From positions 930,001-994,000 of the forward strand of contig NW_026250404.1 of assembly GCF_024521635.1 (NCBI RefSeq): a DNA stretch of 64,000 bases, read 5' to 3'. The notes under the pieces are model-generated. The model was not told the origin of the DNA. It saw only the letters and a program-made list of their open reading frames with translations, and did no database searches. Source of the DNA: Tricharina praecox (Eukaryota). A program made the translations under genes and the position numbers. Positions 36,099 through 52,832 of the stretch are shown here, one piece after another; position 1 is the stretch's first letter; the number at the start of each line of letters is the position of its first letter.

Positions 36099-39000
36099 TT
36101 GATTAATAAGATTGGGGGGGAGATGCGGGGGTGGGGCAAAAAGCTGGGAGTTCGGAGTTTTGATTTCGATTTTGGGTTTGATTTGCGGGACTGGAACGCT
36201 GGCTGGATAGATGGATGGGCTGTACTGTACATACGATCTACCTGGCAGTTTGGGTGGGCTTCACGTACCAAGAGATGCATACCTACCTTATATACGAAGA
36301 AGGCATGTGTTGATAACCGTCCCATATCTACATCTGGGGGGGGGGGGGGGCTCACCTGATATCACTCATCCCATGTACATCCAACCGTCTCGATCGGTCC
36401 CGAAAAGGCAGGAGATATTCGTTATGCAGAAAGCGCCGAGGGGCGTCGTGGGACTCAAGATTCGAGAATGACAAATCCGAGTGATATTTCATGGCAAGCC
36501 TTATTGGAAGAATCCCCAGCTATGTTGTCTCTTCAAACAAAAGCATTGAGCAGTAACAAAGCAGTGGAAACATCCAAGTTATATCCCATTCGCTGTTTCA
36601 AAGCTACCTATGCTACAAACTTCTGCCACGCTTTCCTAGTGTTGTCCGGACTCCAAATGACCCGGGTCGACATCCTCGCTTGAGGAACACGGCAGACTCT
36701 GCCACATAGCATCCTTTCGACATTCTACAACTCTATAACTCTATGATCGGATGCCCCTGTATCATACCAGAAGCTCTGGGGCCGTCAAGGGACTCCAAAG
36801 TCCAGGCCCGGAGGCGACGGCCAAGTTCCAACTAGAAGTCGATGAAGATGAGACTTCAGACGGACCATTGCAACCAGTGACCACATTTTGATCGTTCCGT
36901 AATGAGGTCGGGCCTGCAACTGCCAAAGTACTAGGTATATGTATCTTGCAAGTATCATGATGAGATCTTTCCGAGTGAGAGGTGCGGTGTAAACTCTTCC
37001 ACCTCCTCCCCAATGTAGCGCGGGGAGATCGCATCGTATCGTATCATACTACTAGGTAGCTAATGGAGCTGGGTGATCTGCTTGTTTGCTTGCTTGTTTG
37101 CTGCGAGTTGGACCTCCGAGCCGAGTGCATCTCCGGGAATCGGCGAGGTCAGACTGTCGGGTTGGTAGCATCGAGATGAATGAAGGAGGGCTGTGGCCGT
37201 GAGTGCATACCAAGTAGTTGACCAAGTCGCTATGTACCGTTGAGTGCGTATAGAATAGGTAGATGGGGGTGGTGAAGTTAGAAGGAACATATACTTCGGA
37301 CATTTATACCCAGCCAGCCAGCGGCCAGCGGCCAGAGTCACGACTCACGTCAGCACGCCTCGGGCCGGGACTCGCTACTATACTTCATAACTCACATACT
37401 CTAGAGTTCTAGAGGTTATATAGAGTGGAGTTTGTAGAGTGGAGTAGTCTCGACTCTCGACTCGAGCTCGAGGCTCTTCTCGCCGAACCCCCCGTTCCAT
37501 CCACCTGGCACCTCACGCATCACTCCCCGCCCGAAACATCCAGACCAGACGTTATACGACTCACTCGCCCGTTATCAGCAGCCAGTCCAGACTCGCACTC
37601 AGCCTTCGCAGCATTTACGGCCTTGAAGATGTCTCTACTATCTAGCGGACGGCCCCCTCACTCGATCAGCCAGTAACTATGACGTCACTCCGTCCGAGCT
37701 CCAGCTCCCAGCTCCAACTCCAGCTCCAGCTCCGGGCCCCGGCAGCTCCAGAGATTCAGAGAGTGGGAGCTCCCTTGATCCAGCCATTCAACCAACCATC
37801 CGATCAACCAACCAACCAACCATCCACAGCCATCCCTTTAAGATGCGCCGTTGATCCCCCAAATCTCTGCTCTAGGTAGGTATATGAACGCGGGGAAGCT
37901 CGATGACTCGCAGGTAAACCAAAGCAGGCTTTCGGTCTTTCTTTCGGTTCGAGATCGGTGATGCAATACCTACTCTACCTGGTAGTGCGAGGGATCATCT
38001 GAAGGCCGAAGGCCGAAGGATGGCAGCCTGTCTACCTGCCTACCTGCCCACGGTATGGTAGGTACTCGTAGCAGGCATTTACATACTATCCGGACATCCC
38101 AAGGGAGTGCGGGGAGGCCATCATGACGAGCACGCAAACACGCTATGATATCCGGATACTTTGCACCTACACAACATGAGTACATACACCTACTCTACAC
38201 ATAGTAGAGTACCATGGATGATCCATATACCCATTCTAGCGGCAAGCGGAGAGCGTGTCGTGCGGTGCGGGGGCTGCGGGGCTGCAGCGGCGTGCGTGCG
38301 GGGGGCTACATACACCAGCTATATACATACACCGAACAACGCAAGCGCCCTGTCCTGTCTGTCTGTCTGTCTGGCTGCTTCAACGCCGTTGCGGTGCATT
38401 GACAGGTCGTCGGCGTCGGTGGGGCTATGTAGGTACTATCGAGTAGTAACAGTAGTAACAGTAGTAACAGACATCGACGCCACTCCACTCCACCTTCTTT
38501 TCATTCAGCCAGTGAAAAGAGGAGGGGAACCGTTGTGGGGGTTGGGGAAGGGGTGGGGTGGGGGAGGGGGACATACACTCTACCTTCTACCTTGCATGCC
38601 ACAGCATGCCGATATCGTGTTTCTCCTGAGTCCTGAGGATCCTGAGGAGAACCAGACGGAGGAGGCGGAGGCGAAGGCGGATTAGCGGGAGGAGATCGCA
38701 AAGAGGCGAGATTGTGGATTTGCGGATTGCGGGCTGGTACGTGCTACATACGGTACCGGTAGTATGCGTCATTTAATTCTCCTATCGTGCGTGCGTGAGT
38801 GAGTGCGTGCCTTCGGCCGCTGGAAACGGGCGCCTGTTGCTATGTAGATAAAGTGCGAGCTTGGGAGGTATCTCCAAAGTAGACATAAGGAATCGCGACC
38901 GTGGTGTGGGGCCAGGCTGGGCTGGGCTACATATCACTGGAATTCCTACTTACCTAGAGCTCGAGCAGCACGGGTTGGCTCAAACCTTCTTCTTCTTCTG

Positions 39001-40707
39001 CCTCTTCTCCCCCTCCGCAAGCTCAAGCTCCCGTCGGCCCTAGTAGCCCCCATGGATGATTTGATACTTACCCACATACTTTGCTCTGTCCACGGAAAAA
39101 GCGACGCCCCCCATCCCCATCCATCCACATCATATACCTACCAAATTGGCATGCTCCCTCCCTCCCATCCGTTTTTGCCTCCCCGCTGGGGGGTTCTCCG
39201 GGGGGAGGAGCCAAGCCATGTGGGATGCTGCGTGCGATTCGCCAATGACAGTGCGTCCTTTGCGGCGTGGGGCCGCGACGGTTGGCAGGATGGTTGGGAT
39301 GTGCGCTCTAGAGTGGGTAGAGTAGAGTGTGTATGTAGAGTAACGAAGCTCTGGGTTTCGCCTTAGTGCTTAGTCGTTATGGCATAAGGGGTGGGAGGTT
39401 AGGTGGGAGGTGGTGGGTGGAAGGTGGGTGGAAGGTGAAGTGTGGGAGGGAGCGAGGGAGGAGGAGGGGGCTGCTTGGATATCTGCCGTTCTGCGTCTGC
39501 GTCTGTCGCTTACGGCCTGCTCTCTCGGCCAACGAGGGGGGAGGAGCGGGCAGGCTGCCTCGTGGGAGTGGCCTTGACAAGGCCCCACGGTATGTAGAGT
39601 AGATAGCATGGGGGACGTGAAGAAGCAGAGCATACATGGAGCAACAGCAGATGCGGATAGGCACTCTATGATATGCATTATTCGTGCCGATGCAAGTGCC
39701 TACCCGTGTTTTGGCTGCGGGAGAGTTGGTTGGGGTGGATTTCTGGCGATAGATACTTGTTACTTGCTTGCTGAAGAGCTCCGCGCTCTCTCCCTTCTGG
39801 ATGCGGAGAATAGAGTGATGAATGGGGGGGAGGGGGGATTCTAAATTCTAATGCAGAGACAACACATGTCTTAACCACGTAAACGGGGGGTTCTTCCGCT
39901 GCTTCTTCCGCTGCTTCTTTGAATTCTTATTCTTCTTCTTACTTCATAGCTTCCATTTTCTTGATACTGCACTTTTTGCCCGGCCGGCCACTCATCACCA
40001 TCATCACCACCACCACCACCACAACCACCAACACTGCGACCACTTCGCTGTCCGGGCTTGCCTTGTCTGGCCCGCCCGCTTTCCCGCGCTGGCTTCACTG
40101 ATCGGAAGATGAAGACCCTGTCGCAAATGAATACAGCGGAACGTAGATGAAGTGAGTAGAATAGAGTATATATCATACTAAGGGACAAGGTAAATACAAT
40201 ACCCTCAGAGTGTGGCAATGCCACCCCCGAACCGGGCTCCATAATCATCGATATCGCTGCGGTGCCTGCTGTGCTGCGACCCATCTCCGCCCACTCACTC
40301 ACTCACTCTACCGCGTTCCATTCTCCCTCAAGCACTCCTTCAACGTATCCCTCAACCTCCCAACCCGCTCCTCGCTCCCCTCCTCGCTCCCCCCCCTCCT
40401 TCTCTTCCTCCCCCTTCTCTTCCTCCCCCCATTCATCCTCCTCCTCCTCCTCCTCTTTCTTTGCCCCTCTCCTCTCCTCGGAATTCACTTCACACCACCA
40501 CACTTGAATCCTCGTATTCATACCCTCCCACTACCTCCACCACCACCACCACCACCACCACCACCACCACATCCACCAACACCACACCCACTTCTATACA
40601 CAGCCCACCCACCACCACCACCGCCTCCCTCTTACACCCACAAACTCGCAACCCACGACATCTCCCTCCACCTATACACCACCCGACTTCACGAGACCAC
40701 CACAGTA

Positions 40708-42557
40708 ATGTTGCAGGTACGTTTCGGCATCTGTTGTTGGATCGTTGTATTTCCTGCATCAACCCCCATGCACCACCCCTCCCCCCCCTCCTCCCGTAGC
40801 CAAAATCTCACTTCCACTACCCCCAACCCCGTTCCCGTCCTTCCCGTCGGAGTGCGACCCAGACTCCAGTCATAGAGTTCATGGCTCGCCTCCCGTTGCC
40901 CACGATATACGTAGCTTCGGGGAGTTACGGGCGCGATGAAGAAGAAAAAAAAACCACCCCCCCCCCTCCCCCCTCCCCCAATACCAACCAACCCCTTCTC
41001 CTTGCTTGGCTACATACCCCCGTACTTGCCTTCATTTCCCCCTACACGAGCGCACTTCTCTCTGGTCGCCGCGAGGTACTCGTTAGTACCGACACATTGA
41101 GACGCGGGAAAGACCACACACACATACGCACCGCCGAATCTCGTGCGCAGCAGCAACAACCACAAAACCCAACACCGGAACAACTCAACCGCACTAGGAA
41201 CGCAGGGCTGACGGCTATATTGCAATGATTCAGGTGGGATTACGATCAGAGAACATCATGATAACTCACCCCGAGAGCAGCGCATACCGACCAGCGCTTG
41301 CTCACTCTTCATCCTCATCTACTCCCGACCAGTGGGCGCGGTCGTCGGTCGGCCCTTCCGCGATTCCTAATCCAAGAGAACCAGCGCCCTCGGCGCGTGG
41401 AGCTCCTCTGCCGTCGCAGCAGTCGGCGTTGAGGCATCACTCGACCAGCTCGCGCTCGACCCCACCGCCATCCACATCCACCCCGATACCTTTCGACCAC
41501 GCCGGCGCGACCACTTCGCACCCACCGAGCGGAAATCTCGGTACCTTTTCCCCGTCTTCCTCGGTCTCGGCTACCCCCGACTCTTACGCTTCGCCGACCC
41601 GAACGAAGCGCGCATCCGAAGACACGCCGCCGATCCAGTTGCGCAATCTCAATCACATCGTCGAGCTGGCTAAGGAGGACTGTTTGCACCCGCAGCCGAC
41701 GCACCGGAGGAATCGCAGCGGGAATGAGGACAAGCGGCGCTACGAGATCAGCAGCATGCCAGTCGGGGACGTGATAGAGATGGTGGCTGCGCTCCTGACG
41801 AAGATCACGACCACAAACGACCTGCAACATGAGCACCTACACAGGAACATGCCGCCGGATGGCGTAGCTGGCTTGAGCACTACCACCAACAGTGTCCTGG
41901 CCTTCCACGGAAAGAACGTCCCCAGCATCACAATTCAGAGCTACCTTTCTCGGATACACAAGTACTGCCCGACGACCTATGAAGTCTTCCTGTCACTGCT
42001 CGTGTACTTTGACCGGATGACGGAGCGGGTGAACGAGAAGCCTCTGGCCTACGGAGTAGGGGGATCAGTGACGATCGGGGACAACCATCCGGATATGCCA
42101 CCTCCCCCGGCTCCCTCTGCGCCGGATCCATACCATACGTCTCATGTGTTCGTAGTTGACAGCTATAATATACATCGATTGGTGATAGCCGGCGTGACGT
42201 GTGCCTCCAAGTTCTTTTCCGATGTGTTTTACACAAATTCCAGATACGCAAAGGTACGCACAACGCGCTCATTGTACGCGGCGGGGAGGGGGAAACTGGC
42301 TAATTCGATAATAGGTCGGAGGACTACCATTAGCTGAACTCAACCACCTCGAGTTGCAGTTTCTGATACTCAACGACTTCCGTCTCTCGGTACCGGTGGA
42401 GGAGCTCGAGGCCTACGGTACGATGCTGGTGCAATTCTATGCTCGGGAAGCAATAGCGAACGCGAACCTGCAGGGCATCGACCCGCCGTCACCGCCAGCG
42501 CAGCAGCAGCAGCAGCAGCAGCAGCCGTATGTGGTTGGTAGTATCGCGACAGCTTAG
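40708..42557 (+). CDS. Pho80/Pcl-family cyclin (Pcl6/Pcl7-like). Probable exons 40708-40716, 41234-42253, 42315-42557.
   Basis: Cyclin box FHGKNVPSITIQSYLSRIHKYCP...NIHRLVIAGVTCASKFFSDVFYTNSRYAK|VGGLPLAELNHLELQFL. The 9-nt first exon ATGTTGCAG|GTACGT splices in frame, but the start is less certain. Confidence 0.9.
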
Positions 42558-43805
42558 GGAGTTTTCACCGCTACATCACCAACTATGGAATATGAGCAAG
42601 ACCAGCAACCCAAGATTCCATCGTCACCCTCCGATTCCACTTCGATTGCTGCCACAACCATGCCTACGGAATATGCGGAGGAGCAGGAAGAGGAAGAGGA
42701 GGAATGAGGCGTTTAACGAATCTATTTTTCTTGAACCTTTTCTTCAGTTTTATTTTTTTCATTTCGGGTTCATGTAGTTTAGACAGGGAGGCAGCAGTGC
42801 AACTTTTGCTCTTGGATGTTTTTTTGTTCTTTTTTCTTCCTCTTTTTCTTGCCTTGCTTTCGTGTTCACGATCGTCATCATTGCTGGGTGTTTTCTGTTT
42901 TTTCTGTTTTCATGTTATTTCTTGTTCTTCTAGGTCTTTTTTTCTTCTTTTTCTTTCGTTTTGTTTTCTCTTTGATATACTGATATCTCTCCTTTTTTTT
43001 GTTTCCGCCTGGTTTCGGTTTTGTTTGATTGTGGTGGGCGGCGACACGGGGGGTTTAGACGGCAACGGGATCGAACTGACTGAGCGTACGTACTCTACTC
43101 CACGATTTACGGAGGAGTGCGAGGTGCGGGGGCTATGGGGAGTTACGGTGGGTTAATGGCGAGATCGGGGGTGGGAGGTGGGAGGTTGGGGGGGCGGGAT
43201 GGTGTGGGATATATATGGTTACTGAGCGATGAGGGATGGCGGAGATGGCGGAGATGGCCCATGGGGCGTATGGAAATGTTGATGCTTGCAGATATTTACC
43301 GTGATCGTTGGGGGACGTGTGGGTGTGTGGGGGACGTGTGGGCGTGGATGTGGGTCGTAGGGAGCTCGAGCCTCGAGATGAATGGGGATTAAAGGTAGAA
43401 TCTATGGTTGCCATGTCCCTGATCAGAGCTTAGAGCGAGTGATGTGGATGAACTACGGTTGGGGTTGGCCACGGAGAGCTCGTCAGCTAGGAATGTTGCT
43501 AGCAGCTGTGGTGAGTGATAGCTTGTGGAGATTGGATCCGGAAAACTCGCGGGTCTTGCTTGATTTCTCTCCAAGCTCAATACATAGCCTTGTAGCGGAA
43601 AGCCTAGCTACTCTGGCCGGCCCAATTGAGTGTCAACGAGGCTGAGCAGCACCTACCGAATTTCAATACTCTGGTGCAGTCCCAATCGAGCCATCCACGG
43701 TTTCCTCCACTTCCACCACCAAACCCCACCACACCTCGCCTTCATTCCTATACACCTTCACACCACCACACCACCCTCAATTACACCGTCACTTCTGAAG
43801 CAACA

Positions 43806-45012
<1,207 letters not shown>

Positions 45013-45695
45013 AAGATCCTGTCGGTCAAACACTTGTCTACCAAGCGTCCGGGTGTCGGGGCCTTCACTGCTGCCGTGTCGTTTTTGCTACTCGTGGGAG
45101 GTTTACGTGGTGGTGAAGCGCAGGTTTCCCACTGGTGGCCCCGACAAGCGGCGGATGATGGCTCCGGTAATCGCTCACGCACACTGCTTTCTTCTCATAT
45201 TCCTTCCTCTCATATTCCTTCATCTGTTTGTTTCTAGATCATACCTACTACTTCATACCTTCATTTTCTTTTGTACTGTGCTTTTTTGAGCGGGCGGGCA
45301 CGACTTCTTTCCTTTTCTTGTAGAAGTCCGCATTATACATTTAGTTTCATACCTTAGACGATAGAATAGAATAAGAGGGGAGTATCTGGTTAAACTACTT
45401 CAGAGGGCCCGGTCGAGATTGTTTGCATTCGCCACACCGCTTGTGTTATCACTCGGCAGTGGCAGTGGCAGAGGGTGGCGGTGGTGTGGTGGGGTGTGAC
45501 GCTAGTGGTGAGAACCCTGGCTGCAATCCGATAAAAATTCGCGACAACCCAATCCCAATCACGACAGCATATAGCGAGCAGCAAACCACCAGCACCACCA
45601 GCATCACCAGCACCACAAGCACTTGACCAGCTTGTCGTCGTCGTCGCTCCTGCCCCTCCACTTCCACAGCCGTACACCCCCTCCTCCCACCCACC

Positions 45696-46816
45696 ATGGC
45701 GTCCGACGAGATCGTCTGGCAGGTCATCAACCAGCAATTCTGCGCCTTCAAACTCAAGTGAGCATCCCACCCCCTCCACGGTACCCCCACCACTAACCCC
45801 CCGCCCCTCTAGAACCACGAAAGGCACCAACTTCTGCCGCAACGAGCACAACGTGACGGGACTGTGCAACCGGCAGTCCTGTCCGCTGGCGAACAGCCGG
45901 TACGCGACGGTGCGCAGCGAGAACGGTATTTTGTACCTGTACATGAAGACGATCGAGCGGGCGCACATGCCGTCGAAGCTGTGGGAGCGGATCAAGCTTT
46001 CCGAGAACTACGCGCGGGCGCTCGCACAGATCGACGAGCGCCTTATCTACTGGCCCAAGTTCCTGGTGCACAAGTGTAAGCAGCGCATGACGCGGCTGGC
46101 CCAGGTCGCGCTGAGGAGTAGAAGACTGCTGCGCGAGGAGGAGCGCATGGGTGAGACTGTTGTTGCCAAGATTGCACCGAAGGTTAGGAGGAGGGAGAGT
46201 ACACGCGAGAGGAAGGCGCTGGCCGCGGCAAAGGTCGAGAGGCAAATCGAGAAGGAGCTCATTGAGAGGTTGCGCAGCGGCGCCTACGGCGAGCAGCCGC
46301 TGAATGTTGAGGAGGGCATCTGGAAGAAGGTTCTGCGCGGGCTGGAGCGGGGCGGGCAGGCGGAGCGGGATGTGGATCACGACGAGGAGGAGGATGAGGA
46401 GGTAGACGAGGATGAGGAGGAGATCGAGGAGGAGGGCGAGGTTGAGTATGTGTCCGGAGACGAGGACCTCGAGGACGAAGAGGAGAATGAGGGCCTCGGC
46501 GATATCGAAGACTGGCTCGGTAGCGGCGCTAGCGACTTCGAGGAGGGCGACGATCTCGAGGATAGCTCCGACGACGATGACAGCTCCGACGACGACGAGG
46601 AGAAGGCCCCCGTCAAGAAGATCGACGACAAGAGTCGCAAACGTCCTGCGCCTCAGTCCGCGAAGCCCAGAAAACGTGAGCCTCCTCACCCACCCCCACT
46701 ACCACCATTCCTCCGCATGCTAACATCTCTCTCCGACAGGTGGTGCCAGAGTCGAAGTCGAGTACGAGGAAGAAAGGGAAGCTCCACAGGTCTCGGCCAA
46801 GGAGTTGGCATTCTAA
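45696..46816 (+). CDS. MAK16: 60S ribosome biogenesis protein. Exons 45696-45757, 45813-46675, 46740-46816.
   Basis: [49 protein letters not shown], an acidic tail and VEVEYEEE. Confidence 0.97.
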
Positions 46817-47311
46817 TCCACTCACCTTCTACATGTGCTTTTGTTACACGCGTATGCCTGTCTGTTCACTGTTCTTCCTTGTACATAATAAATGCGCTCG
46901 GTGGGGGTTTACTTTCATTTGCTGTCTGGGAATAACTAAAAAGTTTTGCTTCCATGTCATACTATTGGATGCACTGCCTCAGACGAAGGGGACTGAACAT
47001 CGTCCATGTGAAGGCCACGTACTAGTACTCTACACCGGCTCCGTGTGCAGTACATCTGTCTCTACGCACGGGTCTCAAAGTCAATCAAAGCAATTGATAC
47101 TCCCGCTTTAGATTACCATGTATATATTTTCTGCCGCACCCACCGCCGCCAGTCTACGGTCCCAAGATCACCCTCTTCCCAAATCCAGCACAGAACAGAA
47201 ACGTGGTAAAAAAATAAAAAAATAAAGTACAGCACAGCACAGCAAGATATAGCTTCCCTTATGTTGGGTTGTTGTTCCCTTCAATTTCAACAGTAAAAAC
47301 ACGCATCAAAT

Positions 47312-48395
47312 CTATGCCGTTGCCGTTGCCTCGACTGTCGCCGCCGGGGGAGCGGTAGCAGTAGGAGTAGGTGCAGTGGCAGGGCCTTGATATTGGGGGT
47401 CCTTCCATGGGCCGGCATCCGACAGCTCGCAGCCACTCTCGCACTCGCAGCTTCCACCGAAGAGCTTGGGCAGGTTCTCGGCAGGGATCTGGCCCAGCAG
47501 TTCGGTCTGGTACTTTCCGCCGAGAACATGGATCTTCTCAACGGTGACGGGGTCGAGGAATCCCTTGACCATGTTGAAGACGCCCGAGAATCCCCACGGC
47601 GCGTTGATGATGTAGAGCTTTCCGAGGCGCTCGGGGTAGTAGTTCTGCGAGATGGCCGAGACCCTGCGGAGGAAGCCGTAGGCCTGGGGAATGCTAGTCA
47701 CACCGACGCCCTTAAGGTCCATGATGGTGCAGCAGGTCTCGAGGAGCTTGCCGGCCTTGCGCGAACAGGCGGGGAGACGAGGGTCGGCGAGACGCTCGTA
47801 CTCGAGCACGAGGTTCTGGATCATGCGCTCTTCCGTGGTGATCTTGAGCATAGCTGCCAAGTCGATCTTGCCGAGTTGCTCGATGTACACGGGACGACCG
47901 TCCTTGTCGATCTTGTGGTAGTACTGGGGATAGTACTCAAAGACTTTGGGCTTCTCGACGTATACAAAGTCTTTGACGATGTCTTCGACCTTGAACTCTT
48001 TCCGCCACTTTTCACACTCGGTGAACCTGAGCTGATCAGCCAGTGATCCGGAGAGAACGACGCGACGCGTCTGTCACACAGGGGTAGTAGATGCCTACAT
48101 GGTCTTTGCCAAAGGAATATCGAACTTCCTCGCTCTCAGAAATCGGAGCTACAACAACAATGCCCGTCAGCTCCCGTCTTCGTGAGAAAAGTTTATCGAT
48201 GACGTGTCATCATCTTCCGCAACCTACCAGAGTGAGAGTATCCAGATTCTCCGTGAACCCCTCCTCCTCCAGCTCCTTCCTCATCTGCACGACCTTCTCA
48301 TCCTGCTCGGGGGTGGTGTGTCCTGGGTGGCCGGCGCCCGACTCGGGGTTGATGGTGGGGTAGTCGAATGTGTCGTGCTTGGGATCGGTAGCCAT
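47312..48395 (-). CDS. SEC14: Phosphatidylinositol/phosphatidylcholine transfer protein. Exons 48395-48228, 48148-48099, 48026-47312; likely 5'UTR intron at 48582-48434.
   Basis: [61 protein letters not shown], and [21 protein letters not shown]. Confidence 0.96.
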
Positions 48396-49249
48396 TTTGT
48401 TGGAGTTTGAAGATGGATGTGCTGTGGGGGTTTCTGCAAGGGGTGTTTCTTAGCAAAGGGGTTGCGTTGAATACAGATCGTGGTGTCTATGAAGCGGGAA
48501 GAAAACTGAAGCTGGTTGCGAGATGGAGATGGAGGTAACGGTAGTGGTGGATGGGGGAATCGGAAGTCTGTATGGTACTCACCAAGCTTCCCGTTATATA
48601 ACTGAATCAAGAAACGAAGAGAGCGGCCTAGGGAGAAGAAGAGCGAGGTGGGTTAAAGATGGAGGAGGGGTTGGTGTGTGAGAGTCGAGGTATGGTATAT
48701 TTTATCTCCAGCTCTCTGGGTCAAAAGGACAGACACTTAGAAAGGAGGTTGTGCAGTTGCTTGGCTGGCTGAAGACGGAAGTTGTTGGCGCGGCGGGTGG
48801 TGGGCGTGGGGCGGGGAGCGTCGGCAAGGGGATGGGATTTAAATTCTTGATTTAATTGGGAGTTATTTCTTGAATTATGCATTTGGGTTATTCCATGATG
48901 ATTGGCGGGGTCATCGCATGCTCGTGGATGGATGGATGGTGGCTGGGACTTCAACGGGTCTCAACGGGAACAACAGACTGAGCTGCGTTCTCTACTTCTC
49001 GTCTCCATCTTCACTTTCATCTTCCTCACGCTCTCGCTGAATTCCGCATGGACTTTCTCTTCCCTTCAGTATCGGCCCAACCACCACCGACACCGCCCCC
49101 GGCGGCCACGACGACGACACGACGACTCCAGCGCTCGGCCGGCAAAACCAGATCACCTGAACGTACCGAGCCTCTACCCTAGGTACTAATCAGGTCCTGC
49201 GGCGTTCCGCGCGCCTCACCTTCCGCCACCAGCCAACCACACCGCGTCG

Positions 49250-49714
49250 ATGTCCCCTCCGCCGACCAACACCGCCACACTTCGACACGCATACCGAGCG
49301 CTGCTCAAAGCCTCGCTGGCCGCGGTGCAATACACGGTACCGGAGCGGTACGTAGTGCGCGACAAGCTTCGCACGGCATTCCGGTTCACTCCCGCGTCGC
49401 ACTACAGTCCCCGGCGGATCCACAACACCCTCGACTTCCTGTGGACCGCCGCCGAGAAGCGCGGCCTCGAACATAAAATCGTGAAGAATCTCTGCGTCGT
49501 CCATTACTACCAGATGGCTTTCAGGAAGAAGAGGTTTGTTCCGTTCCATCGCATTCATTCATAGCGAGTGAGAATTTGCTATGCGGGGATGATAATACGT
49601 ACGGCGCCTAGGGGTCAGAATGAATCCGAGATGCAAATCGTCGCCACGGCGTATCACAGCTACCTCGAGAACCTGGGGCTGCTGAATGAAAGCATGGACT
49701 TGGATTTGCGATGA
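49250..49714 (+). CDS. Small LYR-like protein, IRC19/DUF1763-like. Exons 49250-49533, 49612-49714.
   Basis: HAYRALLKASLAAVQY, NTLDFLWTAA, GLEHKIVKNL and a spliced C-terminus LNESMDLDLR*. Confidence 0.75.
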
Positions 49715-49960
49715 GAAAGAGGAAAGATTCTGTAGAATACGCGTACCTACTCTAAGTAGACGCTCTCCGACACATCCGTGTGAACACGCCAAGCAATATG
49801 GTGCTACAGATATATAGAAGTGTTCTGTGATGACGTCCCTCTGCTTCCCTGTCTCTCATGCTCATCTTGATCTCGTGCTCTTCCCACCCTCCGCCTTCTC
49901 CGCGAACAAACAAATAACCAACCAACCTCGCGCCCTCAACCACCATACCACTACGCCAGC

Positions 49961-50670
49961 ATGGGCGCCACCCCCAGCCGCATAACTCCGCAAGACCGGT
50001 ACCCCCGATCCCCCGTCCCCGCTTCCTCCCACAGCTACTAACCCCCGCGCGCAGCGCGATCCTCGATCTCAAGCTACAACGCGACAAGCTACGGATGTAC
50101 CAAAAAAAGATCACGACGGTTCTGAACGCGGAGCACGCAGCAGCGCAGTCTTTGCTGCAGCGGGGCGACAAGCCACGGGCGCTTTTGGCACTGCGGCGGC
50201 GGAAATACCAATCCTCGCTACTCTTGCAGACGGACCGGCAGCTGGAGACGCTCGAGGCGCTTACGTCGTCCATCGAGTTCGCGCTCATCGAGAAGGATAT
50301 CGTCTTCGGCCTCAAGCAGGGGAATGACGTGCTCAAGCAGATACATAAGGAGATGACGCTGGAGGCCGTGGAGAAGCTCATGGATGAGACCCAGGAGGGC
50401 ATTAGGTATCAGAAGGAGGTCAGTGAGATGTTGGCGGGCGTCATGACCAATGATGATGAGGATGAGGTGGAGGAGGAGATGGAGAGGCTGGTTAGGGAGG
50501 TGGAGGGGCGGAAGGAGGCGGCTGCGCCGCCGGTGGAAGCGGTGGTGCCGAAGCTCCCCGAAGCTCCCAGTACTGCGCCGGTTGCGAAGGAACGCGCACG
50601 GGCGAGGAAAGCTACAGTGGAGGCGGCGGCGGTGGAGGTGGAGGGCAGAGGGGAACCGATGCTTGCTTGA
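49961..50670 (+). CDS. VPS20: ESCRT-III subunit (Snf7 family). Exons 49961-49998, 50055-50670.
   Basis: Myristoylation-type MG start; ITPQDRAILDLKLQRDKL, ALLALRRRKYQ and SSIEFALIEKDIVFGLKQGN. Confidence 0.94.
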
Positions 50671-51417
50671 GCAGTCATTCCTCCAGGTTGTTTTGTTATG
50701 CATATCGGGGCGTTTTGCTAGATTTCTCTTCGTCTTTGCGGGAGTTTGTCTATTCTGCTTTATGACTGCGGGCGGTGTACATTACTATTGTTTCGTACGG
50801 TAGATGAATGGACGAGGAGGTGAATTCGTGAAGTATCAAAGCCTGTCGGCGAAGACGGCCTGGTGATACCTCTCAGGTTTCGAGCTAAGATACGGCCAAG
50901 CTCCGTTTCAGTCCTACAGCTCATCTGATTATTGAGATTCCCTCAGATTCAGCTGTTATGCATATATTGATTCTACGATCCTTGAGTGGTTGACGCATAC
51001 GGCGAATTGTAATGGCCAACTGAGGTAAACGCTCACAGTAAGGCGTCACTATTCACGGCAGTTCCCTCATCTACCCCGCATACAGACGATAAGGATGAAA
51101 CGAAGCACAAGGCTCAAAACTCATAGTTGGGAGGAGTCACAATTCACCAGGCAGACGTGACGAAGTTAATCACATGGTTAACGACAGTAGGCAAAAGTAG
51201 ATCACCCCAATCTCTGCGCTTCAGGCGCCATTTCCATTCGTAACATTGCGAGTCGACTACAACCGTGACGAAACCAATCTACAAATCGAAAACAATGACA
51301 ACAGAAAAACACCGAATCCCCGAAAAACTAAACCCCAAGGCCATGATCATAAAACACCGTTTGGAAAGAAAACAAGAAAATCAACTCATCACAGCATTAC
51401 CCACAACAAAGAACACT

Positions 51418-52762
<1,345 letters not shown>

Positions 52763-52832
52763 TTAAAGCTGTCTCGCAGCTGGGGCTGGGAGGCGGGGCT
52801 AGCAGGTCTTGGCATTCTAAGGCAAGCCCTGC

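Noticed and set aside
36099..36359. 86 open codons in frame after the SPB4 TGA
   Set aside because: The stop is TGA-TTG (neither the TGA-CTA readthrough context nor directly editable to Trp), and the sequence is G/T-rich and UTR-like.
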